In this document: positions 44,293 to 57,399 of the stretch, one piece after another
Position numbering within the stretch: position 1 is the first letter of the stretch
How the letters are laid out: every line of letters begins with the position of its first letter
NCBI GenBank assembly: GCA_963693365.1
Contig: CAVNZM010000016.1
Location: 7,361,029-7,425,028 of the forward strand
DNA: 64,000 bases
Direction: 5' to 3'
DNA from: Amoebidium appalachense
Taxonomy: Eukaryota > Protista > Ichthyosporea
The notes under the pieces: model-generated
What the model saw: only the letters and a program-made list of their open reading frames with translations
What the model was told of the DNA's origin: nothing
Database searches by the model: none
Position numbers and translations under genes: made by a program

Positions 44293-46097
44293 TTTGAAGG
44301 TGGGAGGAGATCCGAAGGAGAGGAGAAACATGTGTTGAGTTGGCTGTGTGATGAAATACGAAAAAGCGGGGCTGTTTATATACCCGCCACATGGCATGGG
44401 GGATTTTTGGCTGGGCCCGTAGCCATCCATGACTTAGATGAGATATGATTGGCTGATGAGCTTTGGATGTTTGCGACATAAGGCTTTTCAACCAATAGGA
44501 GCAAGGGCAAAAGCAGTAAGGTATGAAAGTGGCTCATGAAGATAAACTGGTTTGCAAAGGAGCATATTCCGATGATGATATTTATTCAATCGATGCAGCT
44601 TTTCAGTTGAAGTGTCAGACGTCCACAAAGTATATTACCTATGCAAGCTTGCTTGTCGCGAGCAATCCGATTTAAAGGAAAATGATCCTTCTAGATGAGA
44701 ATAAAACTCTTGAATACTATTGAGCCATCCAAATATTAATTTTTTTGTAAAAAAAAATAGGTCGACGTCCAGGGGCAGCGAAGAACGGCGCCGGGGCCCG
44801 AGCCTCCCCGGCCTCAGGGGTTGAATTACGACCCCAAACCGCCGGCGTATTTACGATTAAGCTCAGGGGGTCAAAACGAGTAACGCCATGAGGTGCTGTA
44901 TTGGTTTTTCGTAGCAGTAAAATAGGGCACGATAGTGTATTTTAGTGTTTTTCATACAGATTTTAAAGGTAAAAGGTGGTCTGGTCGTTATTTTGGCACT
45001 CCAGAGCGGAATATGAAGCCCTGTGTTGTCACTCAGCCGGGGTGTGTAATTGATAAGGGAGTGTAGTCATCAATTTTAATAACATAGGGGGTCTATACGA
45101 GTCGTAAATCAAACTAACCCCGCCAACACGATTCAGTATGCACTTGTTACTGGATAACTCGTGAAGTTTTTATTGTCTTCTCAGTATGCCGTGCATACTT
45201 GCATATCTTTCCGTCGAATAAATCCAGTCAAAAGAAAAAAAAACACGATTTACAAATTTCGACAAAACGATTGCGTGTAAGGTAAAACGGGCAGCGCAGT
45301 GAAAACCCCACAACCCCTGCCCATATACAAAAGCAAAAAAGGAAAAGCATAGCCGCCACAGTGAGCCAATAGGAGCATTTAGTGATCAGAGCCGAAATCA
45401 TGCGGCGAGTTTTTGCTACCTTCGCAATAGAGCTATTGGCCTAAAAAAGAGCCCTTCATAACTTGGCGGTACATGACATATATAGGGTTATATACAAAGT
45501 TTACAAAAGACAGCGCCATAATTTTCAATGTTATTAATACTTAAACACATAATTTCAAATAAGTTTATTATTTTTGAAAAAAAGCTCTTAGAAGAAAAAC
45601 AGAACGTGCACTTTGGAACCCTTTTTTTGGTAGAATTATATAATATTGTTATTTCTTCTGATTGGGTATTGCCTGATAATTATCATGTCTAGCTCTATCC
45701 AAGAAAAAAAGCGCCAGATGGGAACACGTGGTGCTTCTTACAGATTTGTTGAGCCAATCGCATGATTTACACCGAAAATGCTTGAGAGGGGCAAATGCTT
45801 TTGTGTCACAGGCTCACAGTTTGTATTTTTTTTTAATAATGACTTTATTGATGTGCTCATTGAAATTTTTTGTATTTATTATTATGAAGGATCTCATCCC
45901 ACATGTGCTGTATACAAAATAGAACACCGTATGACCAGATGTTTCAGTTGACGAGAAAAAATAAAGGTGAGCAGTAACAGAAAAAAAGAGTAGATTTCCG
46001 ACACAGAAAACTATCAGGAAAATTGGAAACTCAGCGCGTCCATCCATTTTGGGGGGGGGGGGGGGGAGGGGCCGGGTGTGTGTGTGTGTGTGTGGGT

Positions 46098-46128
<31 letters not shown>

Positions 46129-46832
46129 GGCACTGCCCGAGGCAGGCACATACATGCACACACGTACACGTACGCACACGCACGCACGCATACACACACA
46201 CGCACACGCGCACACACGCACACACACGCACACACGCACACACACGCACCCACGCACACACACGCACCCACGCACACACGCGTACGCACACTACACGCGC
46301 ACACACTCAAACACGCGCGCACGCCGTACACACACACACACGCACACACCCACACACACACACACACACACACACGAACACATACACACGTGGCACACGT
46401 AGTTATTAACAGTGCAAGGTAATACGGTGAGCACACGTGCCATTGTTTGCTTTCTACGACAATAACGTTCTAATTAATATGTAATAACACGTCAATTGTT
46501 ATATTAAATTAGTACAGGTCAATACCGTGAACTGTGAACGTGTGGCTGTGTGAGGAGTGTGTGAGGTTGGTTTCGTGCCTTTTATTGTGGCACCTTGTTT
46601 TTTCTCCACTGTGGGGAATTGTTGCAACGTCATGTGTGTGCATGTGTGTGTGTGTGCGTGTGCTACGGTGCGTGCGTGCGTGTGTGTATGTGTGTATGTG
46701 TGTGTGTGTGTGCGTGTGTGCGTGTGCGTGTGTGTGGGACGTAGGTGGCCGGGCGTGTGCATGCGCGCGCGCGCGCGTGTGCATGTGTTCATGTGTGTGT
46801 GTGTATGTATGTGTGTGACGTGTGTGTGTGTT

Positions 46833-46901
<69 letters not shown>

Positions 46902-46971
46902 TTGTATGTGTGTGTGTTGTGTCTGCGTGTGTGTGGTGTGTGTGTGTGTGTGTGTGTGTGTGTCTGTGTGC

Positions 46972-47055
<84 letters not shown>

Positions 47056-48675
47056 ACTTGTGTCCGTTTTTGCGTCGGGGGGAGAGGGGGAGGGGGGGAG
47101 GAGGGGGGGGGGGCATCATTGTTGGCGCTCAGAACTGTTGAGAGTGTGTAAACCGTTCACAGGTGTCGACATTTGACAGAGCCAGCTCAGGTTATTCGCG
47201 CCCTTTTCAGCCCGGCGGCTCCACGGCACCATGATGGAGATTGTGCACAGAATGACGTCACCAATGTTTCAGTGAGTATGGATATTTTCAGGGATGTGCT
47301 TGTTCGGTTAATGGTGGCCCCTCGGTGTTATAACCTGCTTTTCTCCGTTTATCGGAGCGATCAACCAATCAATGGGCATAGAACCAAAAAGCCTCAACGT
47401 ATGATACAATCGCAGGCGAAAATTTTGCTACCCCCTCCATCCTTCCCCCACCCTTAACCTCCTCCCCCCCCCCCCCCCCTCGCGCCCTGGGCCCCCCTCT
47501 TTCCCCCTCAATCATTCCCCCTCCCTCCCCCTCCCCCCCCCCCCTGGGCTCACCCCACCCACCCCCCCCCCAACCTTTACTGCCCACGGCATTGCACCAA
47601 CCCGCTTGCGCATTTCTATGTTTCTTGCAGCTTATATTGATACAATATGAATGACTTAAACACAACACCTCAGTGACATGGGGCACCCATGGTACCTTGG
47701 CACGTGGCACACCACATTTCGGCTTGGGCATTGGCCTCAGATAAACTAGCATGGGTCTTGATGGCCAATCAGGTGCATGCATGGGGCACCAAATATGGTA
47801 TTCGTCGGGTGGCTCATGTGTGAGATGCTTTGCTTTGATGGGAATCACAGTAGAAGAGGAGGGAGAGTCTTACGGGGGTTACACCATGCAGACCGTATTT
47901 GATTGGATGGGGTGGGCCACTGACCGCAAAGCTGCACTAAGGTGTGACCAAGTGATGAGGAGAGAGGGAAGGGGGGAGGGGGGGGAGGGGGGCAGTTGAT
48001 AATTTTTTCTGAGGGTGATTGAATACGGGGGGAAAGGGGGGGGGGGGGGGGGAGAGGGGGAGGGGAGGGAGGGGGGAAGAGAGAGAGAGAAAGAGAGTGA
48101 GTGGGAGGTGGGTTGGTGTGTGGTTGTGTTGGGGGGGGGAGGGGGGGCATTTGGATGGGAGGGCATAAGGGGATTCTTGGATTTGCAAATGTGGTTGCTG
48201 GTTCGATTGATAGGTGTGAGTGACTGCCCTCTTCTGAGCAAAGGGGGGGATGGGTGGGCCGGATCGGATTGCAGGCCGCGGACCCTAGGGGCCGTCCCTT
48301 CCCCCGTCCCTCCCCACTTCCCCGAGGGCCCTCCCCTTCCCCAAAGACGTGAATCGTGCTGGCCCATACACACACAAACACACAAACACCCTACCTTTGC
48401 ATAGTAAAACGAAAGAATAGATATTGCACATGCAAACCGTTCACAGCACCATGGCATACATGTAGAGTATTACAGAGCGCGCATGCACGCAACCCCTGCA
48501 TACATCATTGTTCGATTAGAAGAGATGAAAAAATTCTATCCCCTTCCTCCCCCCCCCCCTCTCCCTATCCCGCAAAGCACACCAACACACACACCTCCCA
48601 ACCTCTATGCGGGTTCCCTTTTAGCTTTTATACAAAGCCAAATCCACTCGTGTCCGACCGGTTTCCATCCCCCCC

Positions 48676-48750
<75 letters not shown>

Positions 48751-49690
48751 CCGCCCCTGTTGACAGCACCGATGACTTTGACAATTTTGACGACTTTGGC
48801 AACTACTGAGCCTGGACAGAGTCTGCCTCTAAGGCTTGCGAGTAGCCTGTGTGTGTGTGTGTGTGTGTGTGCGTGGGGGGGGGGGGGGGGGGGGGGGGAG
48901 GGAGGTGGGGATACAAGGTAGTATATTGAACTAACGTCTGTGTAGGCATTTCAGCTTGGCAAAGCCTCATTGGAAGAATATGATATGTAGTACTGGGGGA
49001 TACTATGTGACAATCGTGCATTTCCGTGATTTTGAGGGAACAAAGTTTGAAATTTCAAGTTCTAAGATTCTTCAATTTAGCGGGTTTATTGATGCTGCGG
49101 TGATGATGTGTAGTGGCATGCAGGCACTATGATAAGCAAAGCTGACGAGAGATTCATTTTTAGTCTGGATGCAAATCCGGTCATATCAAAACACTTCATG
49201 GCATTATCAGGATAACATGTTTGGTCGTAACAAATATCCGACTAGGGAACATCCAATCACTTTGCAGCAAACTGAAGATAGAAAGGTTTAAAGGCCACGA
49301 AGTGAAATTCTTTGTGCCACAGCGGATGCCTGCGGTGTTTGGGCAAGTAAAGATGTTCAACGGTCACCTAGTTTATTGCTTTGTGAGATGTGCATTTGGG
49401 TTTACGAATAATAATGGACAGAGTGCCAGACACACCACATGCAGCAGCATCACCTCGTGTACACGTGTGTTGTGTGTGCATTCGTGTGTGTGTGTGTGTG
49501 TGGGGAGGGGGGGGGGGGGGGGGGGGAGGGGGGTGAGGGGGGGGGGGGGGGTGGCGGGCCACTGGCGCCGCAGGGGAAGGGGGGGAGGGGGAGTGGGGGG
49601 GAGTGGGAGAGCGGCAGGAGCACGTAGGTTTTTTCACTCCCAAATTCTTTTCTTTTCTTTTCTTGTTTTTTTCTTTTTTTCTTTTTGTGT

Positions 49691-49749
<59 letters not shown>

Positions 49750-49760
49750 CGCACCATGGA

Positions 49761-51573
49761 CTGGCCCCTACTGGGGCTTTGGTTTGCTTGTTGCTGCAAT
49801 ACGCCAGGCTGGCCCATACTGGGGCTTTGGTTTGTTTGTTGCTGCAATACGCCAGGCTGGCCCATACTGGGGCTTTGGTTTGTTTGTTGCTGCAATACGC
49901 CAGGCTGGCCCATACTGGGGCTTTGGTTTGTTTGTTGCTGCAATACGCCAGGCTGGCCCATACTAGGGCCAAGTTGGTTTGTTTGTTGCTGCAATACGCC
50001 AGGCTGGCCCATACTGGGGCTTTGGTTTGTTTGTTGCTGCAATACGCCAGGCTGGCCCATACTGGGGCTTTGGTTTGTTTGTTGCTGCAATACGCCAGGC
50101 TGGCCCATACTGGGGCTTTGGTTTGTTTGTTGCTGCAATACGCCAGGCTGGCCCATACTGGGGCTTTGGTTTGTTTGTTGCTGCAATACGCCAGGCTGGC
50201 CCATACGTATACTGGGGCTTTGGTTTGTTTGTTGCTGCAATACGCCAGGCTGGCCCATACTGGGGCTTTGGTTTGTTTGTTGCTGCAATACGCCAGGCTG
50301 GCCCATACGTATACTGGGGCTTTGGTTTGTTTGTTGCTGCAATACGCCAGGCTGGCCCATACTGGGGCTTTGGTTTGTTTGTTGCTGCAATACGCCAGGC
50401 TGGCCCATACTGGGGCTTTGGTTTGTTTGTTGCTGCAATACGCCAGGCTGGCCCATACTAGGGCCAAGTTGGTTTGTTTGTTGCTGCAATACGCCAGGCT
50501 GGCCCATACTGGGGCTTTGGTTTGTTTGTTGCTGCAATACGCCAGGCTGGCCCATACTGGGGCTTTGGTTTGTTTGTTGCTGCAATACGCCAGGCTGGCC
50601 CATACTGGGGCTTTGGTTTGTTTGTTGCTGCAATACGCCAGGCTGGCCCATACTGGGGCTTTGGTTTGTTTGTTGCTGCAATACGCCAGGCTGGCCCATA
50701 CGTATACTGGGGCTTTGGTTTGTTTGTTGCTGCAATACGCCAGGCTGGCCCATACTGGGGCTTTGGTTTGTTTGTTGCTGCAATACGCCAGGCTGGCCCA
50801 TACTGGGGCTTTGGTTTGTTTGTTGCTGCAATACGCCAGGCTGGCCCATACTGGGGCTTTGGTTTATTTGTTGCTGCAATACGCCAGGCTGGCCCATACT
50901 GGGGCTTTGGTTTGTTTGTTGCTGCAATACGCCAGGCTGGCCCATACTGGGGCTTTGGTTTGTTTGTTGCTGCAATACGCCAGGCTGGCCCATACTGGGG
51001 CTTTGGTTTGTTTGTTCCTGCAATACGCCAGGCTGGCCCATACTGGGGCTTTGGTTTGTTTGTTGCTGCAATACGCCAGGCTGGCCCATACTGGGGCTTT
51101 GGTTTGTTTGTTGCTGCAATACGCCAGGCTGGCCCATACGTATACTGGGGCTTTGGTTTGTTTGTTGCTGCAATACGCCAGGCTGGCCCATACTGGGGCT
51201 TTGGTTTGTTTGTTGCTGCAATACGCCAGGCTGGCCCATACTGGGGCTTTGGTTTGTTTGTTGCTGCAATACGCCAGGCTGGCCCATACTAGGGCTTTGG
51301 TTTGTTTGTTGCTGCAATACGCCAGGCTGGCCCATACTGGGGCTTTGGTTTGTTTGTTGCTGCAATACGCCAGGCTGGCCCATACTGGGGCTTTGGTTTG
51401 TTTGTTGCTGCAATACGCCAGGCTGGCCCATACTGGGGCTTTGGTTTGTTTGTTGCTGCAATACGCCAGGCTGGCCCATACTGGGGCTTTAGTTTGTTTG
51501 TTGCTGCAATACGCCAGGCTGGCCCATACTGGGGCTTTAGTTTGTTTGTTGCTGCAATACGCCAGGCTGGCCC
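49761..51573. repeat. Homogeneous 48-bp minisatellite array (~37 copies)
   Basis: Unit ctggcccatactggggctttggtttgtttgttgctgcaatacgccagg; 51-bp variants at ~49961 and ~50458; 54-bp variants at ~50206, 50307, 50700 and 51139. Confidence 0.97.
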
Positions 51574-51647
51574 GGTCCACAACCCCCTTGCATGCATCGA
51601 TTCTTTCCGCACCGCAACCTGTCCCCGTCGCATTTTCCACTTGCTCT

Positions 51648-51678
<31 letters not shown>

Positions 51679-53229
51679 CACACACACACACACAAACACC
51701 GACCCCTCACGATGCAGTGCAGCCAGGCACCCACTGTGATCCCTCCATGTGTATGGGCACACAGAGACAATAAGTTTGCCTCCTCTGACTGCACCCTCCC
51801 AATCAATTCCCTCCCGGGGATTTAATTTATCTTTAGACCCACATTCCTGTTTTCGCACATTCACCTCCCTGCCTCAAGGCTTGACCTACAGTACTGGCTG
51901 GCTAAACAAAAAGGCCACAAAAAATGCAAAGCCTTGTTAGGAGAGGCAGTCCCCCCCCCCCCCCCCCCCCCCCATCCCCCTCCACCACCACCAAACCATT
52001 CAAAATATTCATTGTGCGTGTGTGTGGGGGAGATGGCCCGTGTGAGTAGGGAAAGAGGGGGGGGGGGGGGGGGGTGGGGAGGGGGAGGGGGGGAAGGGGG
52101 GAGGGGGGGTTCAAGCGAGACTACCGTACTGCTGGCTGGCGGTAGGAGGGGTAGGGTGTTGCTGCTAAGCCGTGGTGGTGGTGTGTGCTTGTAAGTGTGC
52201 CTCTACGTGTGTGTATACTGCAGGGTGTGTTTTGGGGTGCGTGTGTGTGCATGCCCCCGTGTGCACGTACTCTATGTTTATGTTTATGTGCCCGGTAGTG
52301 TGTGCCGTGTGTAAACATGTGCGTGTGTGCAAATGTGTGTGTGTTTGGGGGGGAAGGTGTGTGTGTGTGTGTGTGTGTGGGGAGGGGGGGGGACCCAATA
52401 CCGATTCGTTTCACGCAAGTATTTACGTTTGCTTCAAGTGAGCACACTGATATCAAAAAGGCAACATGTGAGTTTACAACACAGCGTTAGTAATATGCAA
52501 ATATTCTCCTACACAAGAAATTTCAATAAACAGCACGAGCGGTTTTTGATGATCTAAAAACACAGGTTAAAACAGCCACTTATTTACAGTGTAATTCCGA
52601 GTCATCAGCATGGATATCCACCATGCAGCCTCGCACCATATATGGTATCCCGAGGATGTCCAGGCGTATTTTGGAACATGACTGCCGCAGTGATGCACAT
52701 GGCCTATTGAACCCCCCCCCCATCCCCCCCCCCACACACACCCCTTCACGACGTTGGGCCTGCCATATCCCTTCCCCCCCCCCCCCCCCCTTCTTTTCCA
52801 CTCTTGCCCATACGGGCTAACCCTGCTCATATCCCCCCCCCCCCCCCTGCCGTGGCAGGCTAATATAAGACCCCCCCCTCCCCTGCTTAAACCTCTTCAC
52901 CCCGAGGCCGCCAGTGGCACATTCCCCGTCAACCTCTGGGTTAATCCATATCACCCACTTTTCCTGGGCCTGAGACTAATAATTATATCCCCCCCTCCTC
53001 CTTTCCTTCACTTCAAGTTTCCTGCTAATCTAACCCTCACACAATCCCCCTCCCCTCCTCCCCCCCCTCATCCCCCAACAACAACAGCCACCCACCCAAC
53101 TACAGCAGATGCCTCAGTCTGCAGTGTGCTTTACAGTATTGTTGGCTATCGTATCCGGACACTCCAATGCGCTATCGCAAACCGTCGAAATAGAACCCCC
53201 CTGCAAATTTCTGGTGTCAGCGCCTTTTG

Positions 53230-54250
53230 ACTTCGCGCATTTCTCGTGCGCGTGGTCGCTTACATATCTATCAAGGAATATTTGCAAATATCTCTAATAT
53301 TCATCCTGCCCATTTGCTCACTCTTTATAAAGTTTTTCTTCGTCCATATTTCGAATATGGCCTCACGTTACTCTTGTGTGCCCCTTCACGGCAACAGCGC
53401 GCGGCTCTTCCGGAATTCGATTCCTTTCAGCGTGAATTCATCCAGTTTATTTCTCGCACCTCGCGTAGGCATGCTTTGGCGGCTCCCTTGCTGAGTGTTT
53501 TTGGTCTCCCTCCGGCGCGCCAGCGTATGAATGAATTAGGACTTCACTTTTGTTTTCATTTGGTTAGGCTTCCTTCTTATCATCCTTTCTTGCAATTCTT
53601 TCCTTCTTTAGCACCTGTTCCCATTTCTAATGTTCGTGCAAAATGTCCTATCCAATCTATCTCCCATTCCGAGATATCCTTTTAAATACTTATCTCCTTT
53701 ATTTTTCACTTCTCCTATGTATCAGCAGTATGTTACTTGGTTTCATACTCAATATCCTTTGCTTCATCGATATCGTTGTGATAAAAAGTATCATGGTAGG
53801 GCTCTTGAGCCTGTGCTTCTTTTTATATTAGAGACTCGTCTATTTTCTTTACAATCGTGTGTAAATTAGCTACTTATATTTATCCTTCCTCTCGTAAACC
53901 TACCACACTTACCGATTTTGCAATTCTAACCCCTCCTTGTGATATAGCTTGGAAATGTTTGTTTTGGCGCTGTAACCTTTGTTTCCATAAACGTTTGTGC
54001 CACTTTTGTGCAGAACCTTTTTCTCGTAAACACTTAGATAGATGTATTTATTTACCTCAGATTATTCCGTTGGAAATTAGAAGACTGGCATATTTAGATA
54101 ATCCTGATATTACGTCTATTGACTCTCTGTTGAACCACCGTATGTTTTACGAGTTTTCTAGGGTGTATGATTATTTAAGTCGTTATCTCCTCCATATCCG
54201 AGAGTGAGGGCTTTTGTATGTTCTTCTCTGAGATATCGGTGATATCTCGA
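53230..54250 (+). mobile_element. Degenerate 3' fragment of a related LINE (post-RT and Cys-rich C-terminal region)
   Basis: LLTLYKVFLRPYFEYGL aligns with IRLTFIRTFVFPACEYGL of the 8-9 kb element; LPSYHPFL aligns with LPSHPLF; YIYPSSR..LTD..WRCN..CHFC..FSRKHL..C..SIDSLLN aligns with YILPSCR..LAD..WRSN..CP..FNRSCI..C..ILDFILN. Frameshifts and stops are present; AT-rich. Confidence 0.8.
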
Positions 54251-54499
54251 TGGCTTCTATTTTGCTGAGCATATCATTAAAGTCATTCTAAAAACAATAA
54301 ATTTCCAAGCCAGTCGACAAGCTTGATATTCTCGCCCGTGGCTGCATCGGATGTCACATTCAATGTGAAAAGGGCGCCACACAGAAGAAAACAGTGTGTA
54401 GATCCGGCAACCAAAAAGGCACAAAGTTATTTGCACCTGTTGTGATGTATCTCTCATAGAGTGCCATAGTGTGGTTGAGCGCTATGAGAGTGCCATAGT

Positions 54500-55297
54500 G
54501 TGGTTGAGCGCCATGTGCTGTTGCTGAGGTACGGTACCTCGGGCACGGACGCCAGAGCACAAGGGGGGGTGTCTGTGCCGTGGGGGATAGTCATATTTCC
54601 GGCCAGCAGTGCATAGTAGCCCACCTGTACCTCGTCATGGGTGGACTGGATGGCCGCATATGTGACGTTGGGCAACGAGTCCTGGTACTCGTTTGTCAGC
54701 TCACACAGGTACATCCTGCCCTTGTTGAGCTTCTCCCTCACGCAGTACGCCCAACAGGTGATCTGTGACGGGGGACTCGCCCATCTTGATCTGTGCAAAG
54801 AGTGCAGCCTGCAGACCAGAGAATATACCGGCATACGAGTCTGAGACCACTGCCATGCTTGGCGGCACGTCTACCGTTGTGTTGTTGTGGCCGTAAATAA
54901 AGGGTGTCCAAAACTGTGCGGCCATTGACCCCGCCGAGCACCCCGCAATGAGTAGTTTCTTCGGGTTGGGGAGGTTGGCAAAGGCCCAGCGCAGGGCAGA
55001 TCTAACAGATCTAACAATGTATTGTTGGAGCCACTCTGCCGCACAGTGGTGATGTTTCCTGAAGCTGTGGATTAAGTGCGCACGAGGTTGCCCACGTGCA
55101 CGTCGCCGCTGCAGTAGTGCACGGCCACAACGGTGTAGTTTGAAAACAGGTTGTTGTTGCGAGTGCGGTCAAGCAGCCCCGCAGTGAAGGATCTTGGCTT
55201 GCGCACAACCCATCTACTGGTTGGGAGGGTACCGGGCAAGTCTGACTGGGCACACGAGCCCACGGAGCTGATGTTGTTTGACCAGCAACCCCCCCCC

Positions 55298-55329
<32 letters not shown>

Positions 55330-55700
55330 TAGAAGAATATCAGCAGTTTGTCCGTGTCACCAGGCAGCACCTGGAAGTGGTGACTAGGGTCGAGGCAGTG
55401 GGTGTGGTTGCCGGGTATGATGTTGATGGCTGGGCCAGCAGGTAGGGTGGAGAGGCTGCAGTTACTGCTGTTGCTGACCGTGCACGTGGGAAAGGCATCC
55501 ATGGGGCAGCCCTTTCCTGTGGCGTCCGACGAGCATGGTGCTGGGGGTGTTGAGGTGGTGTTGAGGGTCAGAAGGGAGAGGAGGTCGTTGGTGGGTGTGG
55601 CCTGCCGCCGGAGTGCGCGTGGGCAGGGTTCTGCCGCGCAACGGGAAATGGCCAGCGCACTGGCGCCCAAAACTTTCAGGGGCCTGATGGTGGGCGTGTG
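54500..55700 (-). pseudogene. Pectin acetylesterase / Notum-family (PAE) esterase pseudogene
   Basis: Motifs KLLIFFYGGG-GCW, FSNYTVVAVHYCSGDVHVG, LLIAGCSAGS (nucleophile elbow, ~54929-54943), VVSDS, IQSTHDEVQ. Disrupted by poly-G expansion (~55289-55328), an in-frame TAA (55072-55074), a 14-nt insertion (~55001-55014) and a further frameshift near 54780. Both ends approximate. Confidence 0.8.
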
Positions 55701-56213
55701 TTTGTGTGTGTGTGGAAGTGAATAAACGACAGGGTGGTTGTTGAAAGTTGAAGACGGGGAGTGGAAACAGGCTTTCCGCTTCTTGAAGTTCTTGTTGCAA
55801 CCATGGTCGTATGTACGTGAGGTCTCCGTAGATCATGTCGGTGCCAGACTGTTTGTTGATTGGCTTTCTCGTGTTGAGGCTCATCTCCCTCTACCCCCCC
55901 CTTCTAATGGTGCACTGTTACTGGGTTTATGGGGGCTCTGCCATTGGAGAAGCTTGGTCGTAGATTGTAGCTTGTAGACATCCTCGTGACCAGATGGGGC
56001 AATCTAGTCTCTCTCTTGTGATCTCCTCCCAGTTAGTTTACACCTGAGCTTCTTTCTACATCCGAGCTTCTTCTTCTTCTTCTTCTTTTTCCTTTTTTTT
56101 TCCTTTTTTTTTTTTTTTTTTGTTCTTGCAGCTGTCTCCATTCTTTGCAACTTTATTTCTGAACCTATCTTTCCCGAGGTGACTCCTATCGGTCCACCCC
56201 AATAAAAAGTGTG

Positions 56214-56250
<37 letters not shown>

Positions 56251-57399
56251 TTGTGCTGTACATATAGTACTATGCGTTACGATGTTATCTAAAGCACCGT
56301 GTATTTTTTTTGGCCGATATCTTATCATGAGCGGTTTTTTCTTTATCCCGGGATATCTGCGATATCTCGCCTTTTCACCTTCTATGAGCACATCAATAAA
56401 GTCATTATAAAAAAAACTGTTACACTGTGCAAACGGATTGCAAATGCTAGAAAAGATGCCAGGCCATGTGTGCCACATGCATGTACCGTAAATAACTGTA
56501 TGTGGATATGTACTGGTTCTGAAGTGCGCACTTTAGCTGAGACGGGGGCCCAATTTAAAGCCCAGGCCACACTTCCTGTAACAAAAAGTCTTACCCTAGC
56601 GGCTACTGCTGAACCCCTTCTGTGTGATACAACATATGTACCCTCTGTTATAGATAAACCCAGGTTCATATAGGGCAACGAAAATATAAGTATTCAACTA
56701 AATTGCAGGGAAAAATCGAAATCCTTGCACGACGCCAGGTACGCATGTAGCTCATCGATTCCGCACCCTTCCATTTTTTTCGAACTGGGGGCCCAGTGCC
56801 TTTTAAATATTTTGGCAGAAGCAGCATTTTTTTGGACAAATACCATTCTGCTTAGCTAGAAACTTTCAATAAGCCGAAGCAGAAAACTGTTCTGGCAAGC
56901 CTTTTCAATTTTCATAAATAAGCCATATATACAACTGCAGTACATGGTTGCAAGCGTGCAGCCCAGGGTGCAGCCCTGGCATAATTTTACAAATCCTTCG
57001 GATCTATTTAAAAAATGATTCGATATTTACTCCTCCCTGATGCGCCCCCCCTGAAAGCGTGGGAGTCACAAAGTTTCGTCCACGCAATAAAAAGTGTGTA
57101 AACCCCTTTCGTGATTCAAAAACGTGCGGCCACAAACCGAAGTGTGTTTGGTCAGTTTGGAGAATTTATGCGTGCAAGGCTGCCGGCCAGCTTCGAGTCC
57201 TCTGAATCACGGCTCTATATATATAAAGCAAGACCCCTCCAAGGCTTCTGTCTGCACAGGCACAGGCTTACCCGTACCCGAATAAACTTTGACGCTGCCA
57301 CGAGTCCGAGAGCTGGCAATTGCTGGGCTCGGGTGATTCTACGACCTATACCTGAGCGTGTCCCGGACAGGTACACAGGTGTGCACGCTGTGCCTCGCC

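Noticed and set aside
49098-49147. Box C/D snoRNA (gtgatga ... ctga)
   Set aside because: Only ~47 nt, with no convincing terminal stem, host gene or recognisable guide.
49761-51573. CRISPR array
   Set aside because: The units are contiguous with no unique spacers, there are no cas genes, and the context is eukaryotic.
49221-51773. 850-aa ORF as an annotated gene
   Set aside because: It starts at a non-ATG codon and runs through poly-G and GT repeats; the open frame follows from the 48-bp unit. Kept only as a hypothesis.
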